A stretch of 64,000 bases of DNA from positions 1-64,000 of the forward strand of contig CAWGMA010000001.1 of the NCBI GenBank assembly GCA_963823555.1, in the 5' to 3' direction. The first letter of the stretch is position 1. Each line of letters begins with the position of its first letter. The position numbers and the translations under genes were made by a program. The notes beneath the pieces were generated by a model. It saw nothing but the letters and a program-made list of their open reading frames with translations, made no database searches and was not told where the DNA came from. This DNA comes from Candidatus Eiseniibacteriota bacterium (lineage in GTDB: Bacteria > Eisenbacteria > RBG-16-71-46 > CAVPCR01). Shown here piece after piece: positions 1 to 11,236 of this stretch.

Positions 1-382
1 CGGCGACGAGGTGTGTTCTACGTGGCGGTTACCGGTGCCGGCATCTCACGTCGGTGACGCTGCACTGGTGGCCAATGTGGTCGCCGACGCTGGAGCGCCG
101 CCAGCGACGTTGTGCCTCGGTCCGGCCTTCCCCAATCTTCAATCTGGCCACATTGATCCGCGTTGCGCTCCCCTACGGCAAGCCAGGCGCGCTCGATGTC
201 TACGATGTGTTCGGTCGATTCGACGCTGAACTCTTCATGACTGGCTGCTCGCGGCTGTGCGACTTCGTATCGCCTGGGCGGTCGTAACGACGACGGACGC
301 CCGGTGCCGTCGGGGACCTACATCGTGCGGGCCACGAGCGCGTTCCGGAATCGCCGAGCTGAAGGTCCTGCGCGTCAGGTAG
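1..382 (+). CDS. 3' end of a secreted protein with a C-terminal FlgD-Ig domain (partial, frameshifted or error-rich)
   Basis: Pieces in different frames read PSPIFNLATLIRVALP..LDVYDVFGR, then GRNDDGRPVPSGTYIVRAT, then LKVLRVR-TAG (380-382). This matches the PNPFN...YDVxGR...WDGRD..G..V.SG.Y pattern of other genes in the window. Confidence 0.6.
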
Positions 383-397
383 CGACGCTCGCCGAAC

Positions 398-1855
398 CTA
401 CACCGTGCGCGAGAAGACCGGCCGCTCGCCGCGTGCTGCGCAGGTACCGTCGAAGACCATGCAGATGTTGCGGATGAACAGCCGTCCGTCGCCGACGACC
501 TCCAGGTGGTCGGCATCCATCGTCCAGGAAGCCGTGACTGACCGGTCCGCCGTCCTCGGCCAGCTCGGCCAGCTCGGTCGCGAAGTAAGCCGCGAAGTCG
601 ATCTCGAATCGCCTCTCGATCTCGGCCGCGATCGAGGTAGAAGTTGCACATCAGGCGCGTGATCACGTCGCGGCGGATCAGGTCGTCCTGGTTCAGCAGG
701 TAGCCGCGCTCGACCGGGAAGCGGCCCGCGTCGAGCGCCGCGTAGTAGGTCGAGAGCTTCTTCTCGTTCTGGGCGAAGGCTCCGCGCACGTCGCCGATCG
801 CGGAGACGCCGAGGCCGACCATGTCGGTGCGCCGGCTTCACGGTGTAGCCCATGAAGTTGCGGTGCAGCCGGTCCGCTTGGCGATCGCCAGCGCCAGCTC
901 GTCGTCGGGCAGGGCGAAGTGGTCCATGCCGATCTGCACGTAGCCCGCGCGCCAGGAAGCCGTCGATCGCGCGACGCGAAGCAGCGCGAGCTTGGTCTCC
1001 GGGCCGGGCAGCGTCGTCGTCGTCGATCGCGCTTCTGGTTGCCTTCGGATCCACGGCACGTAGGCGAAGGAGTAGACCGCGACGCGGTCGGGCCGCAGCT
1101 CGATGACCGACTCGAGGCGTGCGCGCGGAAGGTCTCCGGGGTCTGGCAGCGGCAGGCCGTAGATCAGGTCGATGTTGATCGAGTCGAAGCCGAGCCGCGC
1201 GGCCGTACGTCGAACAGGCGCCGCGTCTCGCTCTCAGCGTCTGGTTGCGGTCGATCGCCTCCTGCACCTCGGGGTCGAAGTCCTGCACGCCCATGCGAGA
1301 GGCGGTTGAAGCCGAGCTCGCGCAGCAGCGTCGAGCTGCTCGCGCGTGGTCACGCGCGGGTCGACCTCGATGGCGACCTCGGCGTCGCGGCCGATGTCGA
1401 AGTGCGCGCGTGACCCGGCGCTGCAGCGTCGCGCATCTGCGTCGGGTCGAGGTAGGTCGGCGTGCCGCCGCCCCAGTGGTACTGGACGACGCTGCCGCCG
1501 GTCGCGGCAGGTGCCGCGGCCAGCAGGTCGATCTCGCGTGCGAGGTAGTCGAGGTAGCTCGCCGCGCGACCTCGCGCTTCTGCGTGATGACCACGTTGCA
1601 GCCGCAGAAGGTGCAGCGCTCGCTCGCAGAACGGCAGGTGGACGTAGAGCGAGAGCGGCTCGTCCGGCGCGCAGTTCGGCCGGCGCCGAGGCGCCGGCGG
1701 TAGTCCGCCGCGGCGAACCGCTCGTGGAACTCGACCGCGGTCGGGTAGGAGGTGTAGCGCGGCCCCGGCCGGTCGTACTTCTGCGAGCAGCTCGGCGCGT
1801 GACCGGGGCGACTCGAGGCCTGCGAGGATCGTCGCGGAGGCTCCGGTTCCCGGGC
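398..1855 (-). CDS. hemN: Oxygen-independent coproporphyrinogen III oxidase (radical SAM); multiple frameshifts; 5' end approximate
   Basis: Motifs across frames: KYDRPGPRYTSYPTA, PLSLYVHLPFC..RCTFCGCN, HWGGGTPTYL, MGVQDFDPEVQ, YVQIGMDHFALPDDEL, LHRNFMGYT, GLGVSAIG, C-terminal RLFIRNICMVFD..FSRTV. Confidence 0.9.
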   Translation of the reverse strand, partial: AREPEPPRRSSQASSRPGHAPSCSQKYDRPGPRYTSYPTAVEFHERFAAADYRRRLGAGRTARRTSRSRSTSTCRSASERCTFCGCNVVITQKREVARRATSTTSHARSTCWPRHLPRPAAASSSTTGAAARRPTSTRRRCATLQRRVTRALRHRPRRRGRHRGRPARDHARAARRCCASSASTASRMGVQDFDPEVQEAIDRNQTLRARRGACSTYGRAARLRLDQHRPDLRPAAARPRRPSARTPRVGHRAAARPRRGLLLRLRAVDPKATRSAIDDDDAARPGDQARAASRRAIDGFLARGLRADRHGPLRPARRRAGAGDRQADRLHRNFMGYTVKPAHRHGRPRRLRDRRRARSLRPEREEALDLLRGARRGPLPGRARLPAEPGRPDPPRRDHAPDVQLLPRSRPRSRGDSRSTSRLTSRPSWPSWPRTADRSVTASWTMDADHLEVVGDGRLFIRNICMVFDGTCAARGERPVFSRTV

Positions 1856-2923
1856 GGGTGAGCGGTGCACGGCCTCGACCAGGCGCTCGACGTTCTCCGC
1901 CGGGGTCGTCGGGCAGGATGCCGTGGCCCGAGGTTGAAGACGTGGCCCCGGTCGGCCGCCGCCGCTCGGCGAGCACGGCGCGGGCGCGCTCGGCGATCGA
2001 CCTCGGGCGGCGCCGAGCAGCAGCGCCGGGTCGAGGTTGCCCTGCACCGCGCCGCCCGGGGCCGGCGGCGCGCGCGCGGTCGAGCGGGACGCGCCAGTCG
2101 AGCCCGCACGACGTCGCGCCGAGCTCGCCGATCGCCTCGAGCAGTGCGGCGCCCAGTCGTCGGCGAAGTAGATGAGCGGCAGCGTCCCGGAGCGCCGGCG
2201 ACGCTCGACGATCGGCGCGCAGCGCGCGGCGGCCGAAGCGCTCGATAGTCCGCGGGGTCGAGGAGCCCGGCCCAGGAGTCGAAGAGCTGCACCGCCTGCG
2301 GCGCCGGCCTCGACCTGCGCGTCGAGCTAGTCCGCCGACCGCCTCGGCCAGCCGCTCGAGCAGGCGGTGCGCGAGCCGCCGGGTCGGCGTACGAGCAGCG
2401 CCCGCAGGTGCGGTGAAGTCCTTGCGCTGCCGCCGCCCTCGACCAGGTAGGCAGGCCAGGGTGAACGGGCGCGCCGGCGAAGCCGATAGCGGCGCTCGGC
2501 CGCCCAGCGCGCGCGCGATGCGCCGGATCGCCTCGAGCGAGTGCTCGAGGTCGCGCGTCGCGCGTCCGGCACGCGCGAGCGCGCTCGATGTCGGCGCGCG
2601 TCGCGGACCGGCTCGGTCGAGCACCGGGCCCGGGGTCGAACGTCAGCCTCGATGCCCATGGCCGTCGAGCGGCATCAGGATGTCGGAGAAGAGGATCGCC
2701 GCGTCGAGCGCGAAGCGGCGCGATCGGCTGCAGCGTGACCTCGGCGGCCAGCTCGGGGGTGCGGCACAGCGTCGCGGAAGTCGTGCTCGCGCGCGGACCG
2801 CGCGGTACTCCGGCAGGTAGCGCCCGGCCTGGCGCATGATCCAGATCGGCGTGCGGTCGACCGGCTCGCCCGCGCCGCGCGCAGGAAGCGTCGCGCCCGT
2901 GTCACGAGGTGCGTGGACCGCAT
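1856..2923 (-). CDS. hemE: Uroporphyrinogen decarboxylase; multiple frameshifts; 3' end not defined
   Basis: ATG at 2923, then [80 protein letters not shown]. Confidence 0.9.
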
Positions 2924-2931
2924 GCGCGCTG

Positions 2932-4263
2932 TCAGCGCCCCCTCCAGCGCCTCGCCGGCGCGCGCCGCGCTCGTCCGGTCGACGTCCTCCGTCGGTGTGC
3001 GCGGCGCGACAGGAAGCGCCGCCTCGAACGGCGAGGGCGCGAGGTAGATCCCCGCGCTCGAGCATCGCGTGGAAGAAGCGGCGCGAAGCGCTCGCGGTCG
3101 CACTCGCCGCCGCGTCCCAGTCGGCGACCCGGCCCGCGGTGAAGTAGAGGCAGAACAGCGAGCCGACGCGCTGCACCGTGCCGGCGACCCCGCGCCGCGG
3201 CGAGGGCCTCCCGCATGCCCGGCGCGAGCGGCGCCGAGCGCCTCGAGCCGGTCGTAGAGGCCGGGTCGCGTCGAGCAGGCGCAGCTGCGCGAGCCCGGCG
3301 GCCATCGCGAGCGGGTTCCCCGACAGCGTGCCGGCCTGGTAGACGGGCCCTCCGGGCGCGACCTGCTCCATGAGGTCGCGCCGGCCGCCGTAGGCGCCGA
3401 CCGGCAGGCCGCCGCCGATGATCTTGCCGAGGGTCGTGAGATCGGGTCGGACGCCGTAGAGCTCCTGCGCGCCGCCGCGCGCCAGGCGGAAGCCGGTCAT
3501 CACCTCGTCGAAGATGAGCAGCGCGCCCGTCGCGCGCCGTCAGCTCGCGCAGCCCTCGAGGAAGCCCGGCGCCGGCGGCGACCACGCCCATGTTGCCGGC
3601 CACCGGCTCGACGATGACCGCCGCGATCTCGTCCGGGATTGGCGGCGAAGAGCGCCTCGACCGATCGCAGGTCGTTGTAGCGCGCGGTCAGCGTGTCGGC
3701 GGCCGTGCCCGCCGGCACGCCCGGGGCTCGTCGGCGCGCCGAAGGTGGCCGCGCCCGAGCCGGCCTTGATCAGGAACGCGTCGCCGTGGCCGTGGTAGCA
3801 GCCCTCGAACTTGACGATCTTGGCGCGGCCGGTGGCGGCCCGCGCCAGGCGCACGGCGGTCATCGTGGCCTCGGTGCCGGAGTTGACGAGCCGCACCATC
3901 TCGACCGACGGCACGCAGCTCGCAGATCAGCTCGGCCAGCTCGACCTCGCGCTCGGTGGGCGCGCCGAAGCTCGTGCCGTCGCCGGCCGCCTCGCGCACG
4001 GCCTCGACCACCGCGGGGTGGGCGTGACCGAGGATCATCGGGCCCCAGGAGCCGACGTAGTCGATGTACTCGTTGCCGTCGACGTCCCACGAGCGCGCGC
4101 CCCGGGCGCGCGCGATGAAGGGCGGCGTGCCGCCCACCGCGCCGAAGGCGCGCACCGGCGAGTTGACGCCGCCGGGGATCACGCGCTTGGCGCGCGTCAT
4201 CAGATCTTCGCTTCGGGGCAGCGGTCGCCCGGCCGGCGCTGCCGTGTTCGTCGTTGCCTTCAC
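2932..4263 (-). CDS. hemL: Glutamate-1-semialdehyde 2,1-aminomutase; frameshifted
   Basis: [85 protein letters not shown]. Confidence 0.92.
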
Positions 4264-4275
4264 TCCTTCACTCCT

Positions 4276-5326
<1,051 letters not shown>

Positions 5327-5330
<4 letters not shown>

Positions 5331-6178
5331 GACACACCTGTCCGGGGATTGGAGTTTTCGCCGGCCACGAGCGCGGTCCGGAGCGCGGCGAGGATTCCGG
5401 CCGGATCGGGATATTCCGCCGTCGAGTCGGCGGGGCGGCCGAGCTCGGCGAGCCGGGCCGATGTTACCGGTCCGATCGCCACGAGCCGGACGTCCCGGGT
5501 GAGCCGGGCGAAGAGCTCGCCTGCGGCGGACGCGAGGGCATCCGCACTGGACGGGCTCGTGAGTACGATGGCGTCGAGCTCGCCGCGCTCGATGGCGCGG
5601 AGGAGCGCTCGGGCTGAGCTCGCATCGGATCGGGTCGAGTAGGCTTCGACCTCATCGACCCGGGCGCCTGCGGTGGTGAGCCCATCGGGCACCGCACGCC
5701 GGGCCAGGTTCGATCGCGGGAAGAGCACGCGGGCGCCATGGAGCCGCGTACCTTCACGGGCGGCGAGCTCGGCGGCGAGACCCGCGCCATCCTCCCGCTG
5801 CGGCACGAAGGCGACGGGAATCGAGCGTTCGGCCAGCGCCCGTGCCGTGGCGCCGCCGACCGCTGCCACGGCGACGGCCGCCGGCCATGGCGCGGCACCG
5901 CGCGCTAGGGCCAGCGCCTCCGCGGCATGAGCGCTGGTTACCACCACCCACGAGTAGCGTTCGATTTCGGCCGCCGCCGCCGCGAGCGGAGCCGGATCGC
6001 CAGGCGGTTCGATCCGGATCAACGGGATCGCCGTCACCCGCACGCCGAGTGGAGCGAGGAGCATGGCCAGCGGCTCGGCTTCAGCAGGGGAACGGGAAAC
6101 GGCGATACGTCTCCCGCGGAGGCCGGATGGGCTCGCCCTGTCTGCATGCTGTGGTGTTGGCTCCACTCTCGCTCTCAA
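5327..6178 (-). CDS. hemD: Uroporphyrinogen-III synthase
   Basis: LRGRRIAVSRS, WVVVTSAHA, AAVGGATARAL, RVLFPRSNLAR, VEAYST, LTSPSSA, VAIGPVTSARL; stop overlaps the hemB start. Confidence 0.88.
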
Positions 6179-6190
6179 TGGCTGTCTCGA

Positions 6191-7132
6191 TCAGGGCGCG
6201 ATCACGATGCGCCCGACCACCGACTGCTCGCCGGTGGTGAGCTTGAGGAAATAGGCACCGGCGCTCACGCGGGTTCCCGAGGCGTCCCGCCCATCCCAGG
6301 GAAACGTGACCGGACCGGCGGGGACATGGCCGGCATAGATCTCGCGCACGATCCTTCCCGTTGCCGATACCACGCGCAGTCGGACATCCGACGGGCGAGC
6401 CAGCTCGGCTGCAATCGATGTCATGCCGGCCGCTGGGTTGGGGAACGCGGCCAGTCGGATCGTCTCCACCGGCGGAGCCGGCAGGTCGACGACGGCGTTG
6501 GCGTTGTTGCTGAGGAAGATGCCGTCGAGTCCGAACTGGCCCACGATCGGATCGGCGAGCTGGGAGTACGGGGTCGTGTCGTGCCGCCAGTGCAGGCGAT
6601 CGGCGGCGGAGAGCGCCAGCGTGTACGGCCCGCCGGGGAAGCTCCTGATCTGGGTGAAGTTGGTCGAATCGGTCAGATCGACCTCGAACGCCGCCCAGCT
6701 GCCCTCGGGAGGGGCGAATCCCTGGTTGTAGAGCCAGAAGTTCCCGGCGTTGCCGATGACCAGGTGGATCTCCAGGTTCTCATCGGTGTCGACGTCGCTG
6801 AGCCAGAACACGACGCGCGTGACGCCGGCGGCAAGGTAGTCGCCGCCGTAATCCGGGCCTGCGTTGTAGCAGGCCAGGGGGCCGGCCAGTGGCTCGCGCG
6901 CGACCCGGAGGTAGCCGTCTCCGTCGCCATCGCGGCCGCCGGTTCCAGGGTTCGAGAGCAGGGCGCCGCCGGCGAACCCGGCGGTGCCGCCGATCGCGGG
7001 GAACTCCTCGGTGAAACCGAGCGTCGGCCCGGCGAGGGCAGCGCTGGAGAAAGCAAGGGCCAGGGCGCCGGCGGCGATCCCTGCCAGCAGGTTCTTCCGT
7101 ATCAAGAGCTTGGGGGTTCGGGACTGGATCAT
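6191..7132 (-). CDS. Secreted protein with C-terminal FlgD-Ig domain
   Basis: GAGGAG RBS before ATG 7132; signal peptide ending AALA; C-terminal AFPNP...TGRIVR...WDGRDASGTRVSAGAYF. Confidence 0.8.
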   Translation of the reverse strand: MIQSRTPKLLIRKNLLAGIAAGALALAFSSAALAGPTLGFTEEFPAIGGTAGFAGGALLSNPGTGGRDGDGDGYLRVAREPLAGPLACYNAGPDYGGDYLAAGVTRVVFWLSDVDTDENLEIHLVIGNAGNFWLYNQGFAPPEGSWAAFEVDLTDSTNFTQIRSFPGGPYTLALSAADRLHWRHDTTPYSQLADPIVGQFGLDGIFLSNNANAVVDLPAPPVETIRLAAFPNPAAGMTSIAAELARPSDVRLRVVSATGRIVREIYAGHVPAGPVTFPWDGRDASGTRVSAGAYFLKLTTGEQSVVGRIVIAP

Positions 7133-7228
7133 GGTGATGTCTCCTCGTTGGGGGGTGAGGCCAGGCAAGCACCCTATCTTATCACCCCTGCTCCGCTGGC
7201 CGGCGCCGCACCGGGGCGCCCCGTTCCG

Positions 7229-8200
7229 CTAGGACGCGGGCGACCGGGCGCCGGATCGGAAGGCGGCCTCGACCTCCTTGAGGACCAGGTCGGCCCCGCG
7301 CCCGAGCAGGGTCTCGGCGAGCCCGACTCCCACCGCTTCGGGATCGGACGCGGGCCCAGCGGCTCGATCGCGGAAGACCCGCGTGCCGTCGAGCGCGCAT
7401 ACGACCGCGTCCAGGTGGAGCGTCGTGCCATCGAGGCGACCCAGTGCCCCGGCCGGCACCTGGCAGCCCCCGCGCAGGCGGCGCAGGAAGGCGCGCTCGG
7501 CGCGCACGGCGAGGCGCGTGGGTTCGTGCTCGAGCGGTGCGAGGAGAGCGCCCAGCGCGTCATCGCCGGAGCGACCCTCGATGGCGAGGGCGCCCTGGCC
7601 GACCGCGGGGACGATGACCTTGGACCCGAGCACCTCGGTCACCCGATCCGCGAAGCCGAGCCGCTCGAGTCCGGCCCGCGCGAGCACGATGGCCGTGATG
7701 CCGCCTTCTCCCCGCGTGAGCTTCTCGAGGCGAGTGGGCACGTTTCCTCTCAGGTTATCGAAGGCCAAGTCACCCCGCACCGCGAGAAGTTGCGCCCTTC
7801 GGCGAATGCTCGAAGTTCCGACCAGTGCCCCGTGCGGCAGGGCGGCGAAATCCGATCCGTCACGGCTCAGGAAGGCATCGCGCGGGTCGGCACGCTCGGG
7901 GATGGCGAGGAGATCGAGCCCGGCCGGGAGCGTCGTCTCCATGTCCTTCAGGCTGTGCACCGCGATGTCGGCGCCATCCTCGAGGAGGACCCGTTCCAGC
8001 TCGCGGGTGAAGAGCCCGCGCTCGCCGATGGCTGAGAGGGCGCGGTCGCGCACCTCATCGCCCTTGGTCGAGACCTCGATGATCTCGATCTCGAGCCCGG
8101 GGTGCGCCGCCTCGAGCCGGCCGGCGACATGGTCGGTCTGCCAGCGCGCAAGTCGGCTCTTGCGGGTGGCGATGCGGATCCGCAGCGGATTACTGCCCAT
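7229..8200 (-). CDS. hemC: Hydroxymethylbilane synthase (porphobilinogen deaminase)
   Basis: IRIATRKSRLARWQ, TKGD, GLFTRELE, DIAVHSLKDM, VGTSSIRRRAQL, LRGNVPTRL, PAVGQGAL, LRGGCQVP. Confidence 0.96.
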   Translation of the reverse strand: MGSNPLRIRIATRKSRLARWQTDHVAGRLEAAHPGLEIEIIEVSTKGDEVRDRALSAIGERGLFTRELERVLLEDGADIAVHSLKDMETTLPAGLDLLAIPERADPRDAFLSRDGSDFAALPHGALVGTSSIRRRAQLLAVRGDLAFDNLRGNVPTRLEKLTRGEGGITAIVLARAGLERLGFADRVTEVLGSKVIVPAVGQGALAIEGRSGDDALGALLAPLEHEPTRLAVRAERAFLRRLRGGCQVPAGALGRLDGTTLHLDAVVCALDGTRVFRDRAAGPASDPEAVGVGLAETLLGRGADLVLKEVEAAFRSGARSPAS

Positions 8201-9579
8201 TCCAGGAGTCCCCGGGCCCCGGCCCGCACTCGTCCGCATCGGTCCTGGGGCGACGTGAGCGCCCGCCCTCCTCGTCATCGAGGCCATCGAGCGCGAACAG
8301 CTCGCGCGTGGCGGCAAGCAAGGCGACCGGATTGCCGGCCTCGGGGCGTGGCCGCCGGAGGCGCGTCATCGGTGCGTGGAGGAGCTTGTTGAGGAAGCCG
8401 CGACTCAAGCGCTCGAGCTTCTCATACTCGTCGGGCTCGAGCTTGCCCTTCCAGGCGGCGAGCTCCTCAGCCCGCAGCTGCTCGAAGTGCTCGCGTAGCT
8501 GGCGAATGGTCGAGCCGGCCTCGAGCGATTTCTCCCAGCCGACGTGGCGCTCGACTTCCTCGGCGACGATGGCCTCGACGCGCGGAATCTCGCGGTGCCT
8601 CCGCTCGAGGTTCTTCTGCACGATCGACTCGAGAGCGCTCATGTCATGCACGAAGACGCCTTCGAGCTCGTTCACATTGGGATCGACATCGCGCGGCATG
8701 GCGATGTCGATGAAGACGAGCGGGCGTTTGGCGCGTCCATGCTTCGCCGCGGCGACCTGATCACGGGTGATGACCGGATGCTGGGCCGAGGTTGCGGTGA
8801 CGACGATATCGGCGTCGGCCAGGGCCTGGACCACCTCGCCCAGCGCGATGGCCCGGCCGCCGAGCTCGGCGGCAAGCCGTTCACCGCGCTCGAGCGAGCG
8901 GTTGGCGACGATGATCGAGCCGATCCCTGCTTCCGCGAAGTGGCGCCCGGCGAGGGCCGCCGTTTCTCCGGCACCGACGAGGAGCAGCGTCCGATCCTTC
9001 AAGTCCGAGATAGATCTTCTGCGCCAGGCCGAGCGCGGCGTAGCTCACCGACACCGCCCCCTGCCCGATCTGGGTCTCGGTCCGGGCACGCTTGCCGGCG
9101 CGGAAGGCGGCGCCGAAGAGCTTCCCGAGCAGGGGGCCGGCCGCTCCCTCCTCGGCCGCGAGCGTGAACGCGGTCTTCACCTGGCCGAGGATCTGGACCT
9201 CGCCGACCATGAGCGAGTCGATGCCGGCCGCCACCCGGCACAGGTGAGCCACGGCATCGCGGCCGAACTTGATGAAGATGGCGTCCTCGTTGACCTCGCC
9301 CAGGCTCCGCAACAGCTCGCGGCCGGTGCCCGCCGCCCCCTCGCTTTCCTCGGCGACGAGATAGGCCTCGGTGCGATTACAGGTGGCGATGACGGCCGCC
9401 TCCGCGATGCGCGGGTGGGCGGCGATGGCCTTGAGCGCGCGACGCACGCCGGCGTCATCGAGGGCCGCTTCCTCGAGCTCGTGCATGCTCGCGGAACGGT
9501 GATTGATGCCGACGAGCGTGAGGCTGGCCGGGGCCTGCGCCCGGTTCTGATGCAGGGTGAGATCGTCGATGCGCGCCAT
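8190..9579 (-). CDS. hemA: Glutamyl-tRNA reductase; one frameshift near 9003-9010
   Basis: VGINHRSA, IATCNRTEAY, VAAGIDSLMVGEVQILGQVK, GKRARTET..GAVSVSYAA, then LLVGAGET, VANRSLER, IDIAMPRDVD, NKLLHAPM; ATG 9579 overlaps the upstream TGA. Confidence 0.95.
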
Positions 9580-10424
9580 CAGCCGAGGACCTCGGGAACG
9601 AGGAGGGCGAAGTTGTGGAAGGAGCTGAACAGGATGTGGGCCACGGCCATGGAGAAGATCATGATGGCGAAGCCGACGAGCGAGAAGTAGACGACCCGCC
9701 GCCCGCTCCAGCCGAGCAGGTAATAGGCGCCGAGGCAGAGGCTGTAGACGGCCCACAGCAAGATGGTGAAGATGAACTTGGGATCGCGCCAGACGTCGAG
9801 CCCGAGCCGCGAGGACCAGACGAGCCCGACGGCGATGGCCATGGTGAGAAACACGAGCCCGAAGGCGGCGGCGCGGATGCTCATGACCGCGAGGAGATCC
9901 AGCGAGGGCAAGCGCTCGTAGAGCCGGCCGAAGCGACTCGCCTTGAGCTCGCGGTAGAGGAGCAGGAAGAGGATGCCGTAGGTGGCGGAGACGGCGAAAC
10001 CGGAGTAACCGAGGATGGCCGTACCGGTGTGGAGGCCGAACAGCGGCGAGGAGAGGAGCGGGTTCGTGCTCTCAACGGGCCGCATGAAGGCCGAGGAGAT
10101 GAGCTGGAACACGAAGACGAGCCCGACGACGAATACCCCGGCACCCTGGTTCTTGTGGGTGACCTCGATCACGAGATGAACGACCGCCACGGCGAACGCG
10201 ATCATGGTCATCGATTCGAGCGGGTTGGCGATGGGGTGGCGGTGCATGACGAGCCCACGCAGGATCAAGCTCAGGGCGTGGAGCGCGACAGCGACCATGA
10301 GCCCGCGCGTGGCGAGCTTGTGGGCCAGCGGGTCCTCGCGGATGAACAACCCGAGGTAGTTCATGAAGACGATCGCGTAGGCGATCGGGAGGACGGTACG
10401 TAGGAGATCGAGTAGGGCTTGCAT
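9579..10424 (-). CDS. CcsA/HemX-family multi-pass membrane protein
   Basis: About 8 hydrophobic segments; conserved His (LFGLHTG, terminal SFHNF); RLPSLDLL and WRDPK motifs; directly upstream of hemA. Confidence 0.8.
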   Translation of the reverse strand: MQALLDLLRTVLPIAYAIVFMNYLGLFIREDPLAHKLATRGLMVAVALHALSLILRGLVMHRHPIANPLESMTMIAFAVAVVHLVIEVTHKNQGAGVFVVGLVFVFQLISSAFMRPVESTNPLLSSPLFGLHTGTAILGYSGFAVSATYGILFLLLYRELKASRFGRLYERLPSLDLLAVMSIRAAAFGLVFLTMAIAVGLVWSSRLGLDVWRDPKFIFTILLWAVYSLCLGAYYLLGWSGRRVVYFSLVGFAIMIFSMAVAHILFSSFHNFALLVPEVLG

Positions 10425-10634
10425 CGTGTCAGGGGGCCTCGCCGCGATGGTTCTCGCCGGGGGGCGGAGGCTCGGTAACCGCTTGTGAAATCTAGCAAAG
10501 GTGCCCGGCTCCCGCCATGGGAGGCCGGTTCCCGGGGCCAGCGGGCATCCGGGGGCCTGCCGGTGGTTGTCCCTCGCCTCGTAGTGGCCAGAAATGGGCC
10601 AACGCCCGGGGCGTACCTGGCTCCCGGGCGTTGG

Positions 10635-10666
10635 ATGTAAGTCACTACTTAAATAATGAATTACAT
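10635..10666. promoter_or_regulatory. AT-rich imperfect 32-bp palindrome upstream of the hem operon
   Basis: ATGTAAGTCACTACTT|AAATAATGAATTACAT; 13 of 16 positions are symmetric, in an otherwise very GC-rich context. Confidence 0.45.
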
Positions 10667-10801
10667 TGACGGCGTGGCAAGCCGCCAGCCATTCCCCGTC
10701 AGGAATCGGGGATGGTCTGACATCCTGTCCGGATTGCTTCGCCGTCAGGCCGGACTTAGTGGCAGGGTCCGGGTTGGACTCCGGCCCCCGCTGCTTCCTG
10801 T

Positions 10802-11215
10802 CTAGTGCTTGCCGGGGGCGAGCTCCACCCCCCGCCGTTCGTAGGTCACGTAGGCCTCGATGGCGATCATCTTCGGGTCATCCAGGGCGAGCTCCTTGCC
10901 CTCGAGCGGATTCCTGAGGCACCAGTTGATCATCTCCCGGAGCGTGGCCACCTTGCCCAGCTGCTGCTGGAACTTGGGGTAGGTCTCCGGGTGGGTGTTG
11001 GTGGCGTTGGGGTGGCACTGGGCGCAGGCGACCCCGTTGGTCCCGAGCTCGGCGCTGGTCCACAGGGCGCGCCCCTGCTCGACCACGCTCATGAACTCCC
11101 CCTCCCAGCGTTTCAGGTCCTCCTCGGTGAACTCATCCCCCTGGGCCGCGACCCCCGCCAATCCCACGGCCAGGATCCCGGCCACGATTCCAGCCTTTGC
11201 CGTCTTCCTCCACAT
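10802..11215 (-). CDS. Small periplasmic monoheme cytochrome c (SoxA/TsdA-domain-like)
   Basis: Signal peptide; one CAQCH heme motif; downstream TYPKF...LREMINWCL resembles the YP...RINxC segment of SoxA/TsdA. Confidence 0.85.
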   Translation of the reverse strand: MWRKTAKAGIVAGILAVGLAGVAAQGDEFTEEDLKRWEGEFMSVVEQGRALWTSAELGTNGVACAQCHPNATNTHPETYPKFQQQLGKVATLREMINWCLRNPLEGKELALDDPKMIAIEAYVTYERRGVELAPGKH

Positions 11216-11236
11216 CGCTCTACCTCCTCCTCGTGA

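Noticed and set aside
10483..10500. Rex operator upstream of the hem operon (TTGTGAAATCTAGCAAAG)
   Set aside because: The left half matches TTGTGAA, but the right half matches only 3 of 7 positions of TTCACAA.
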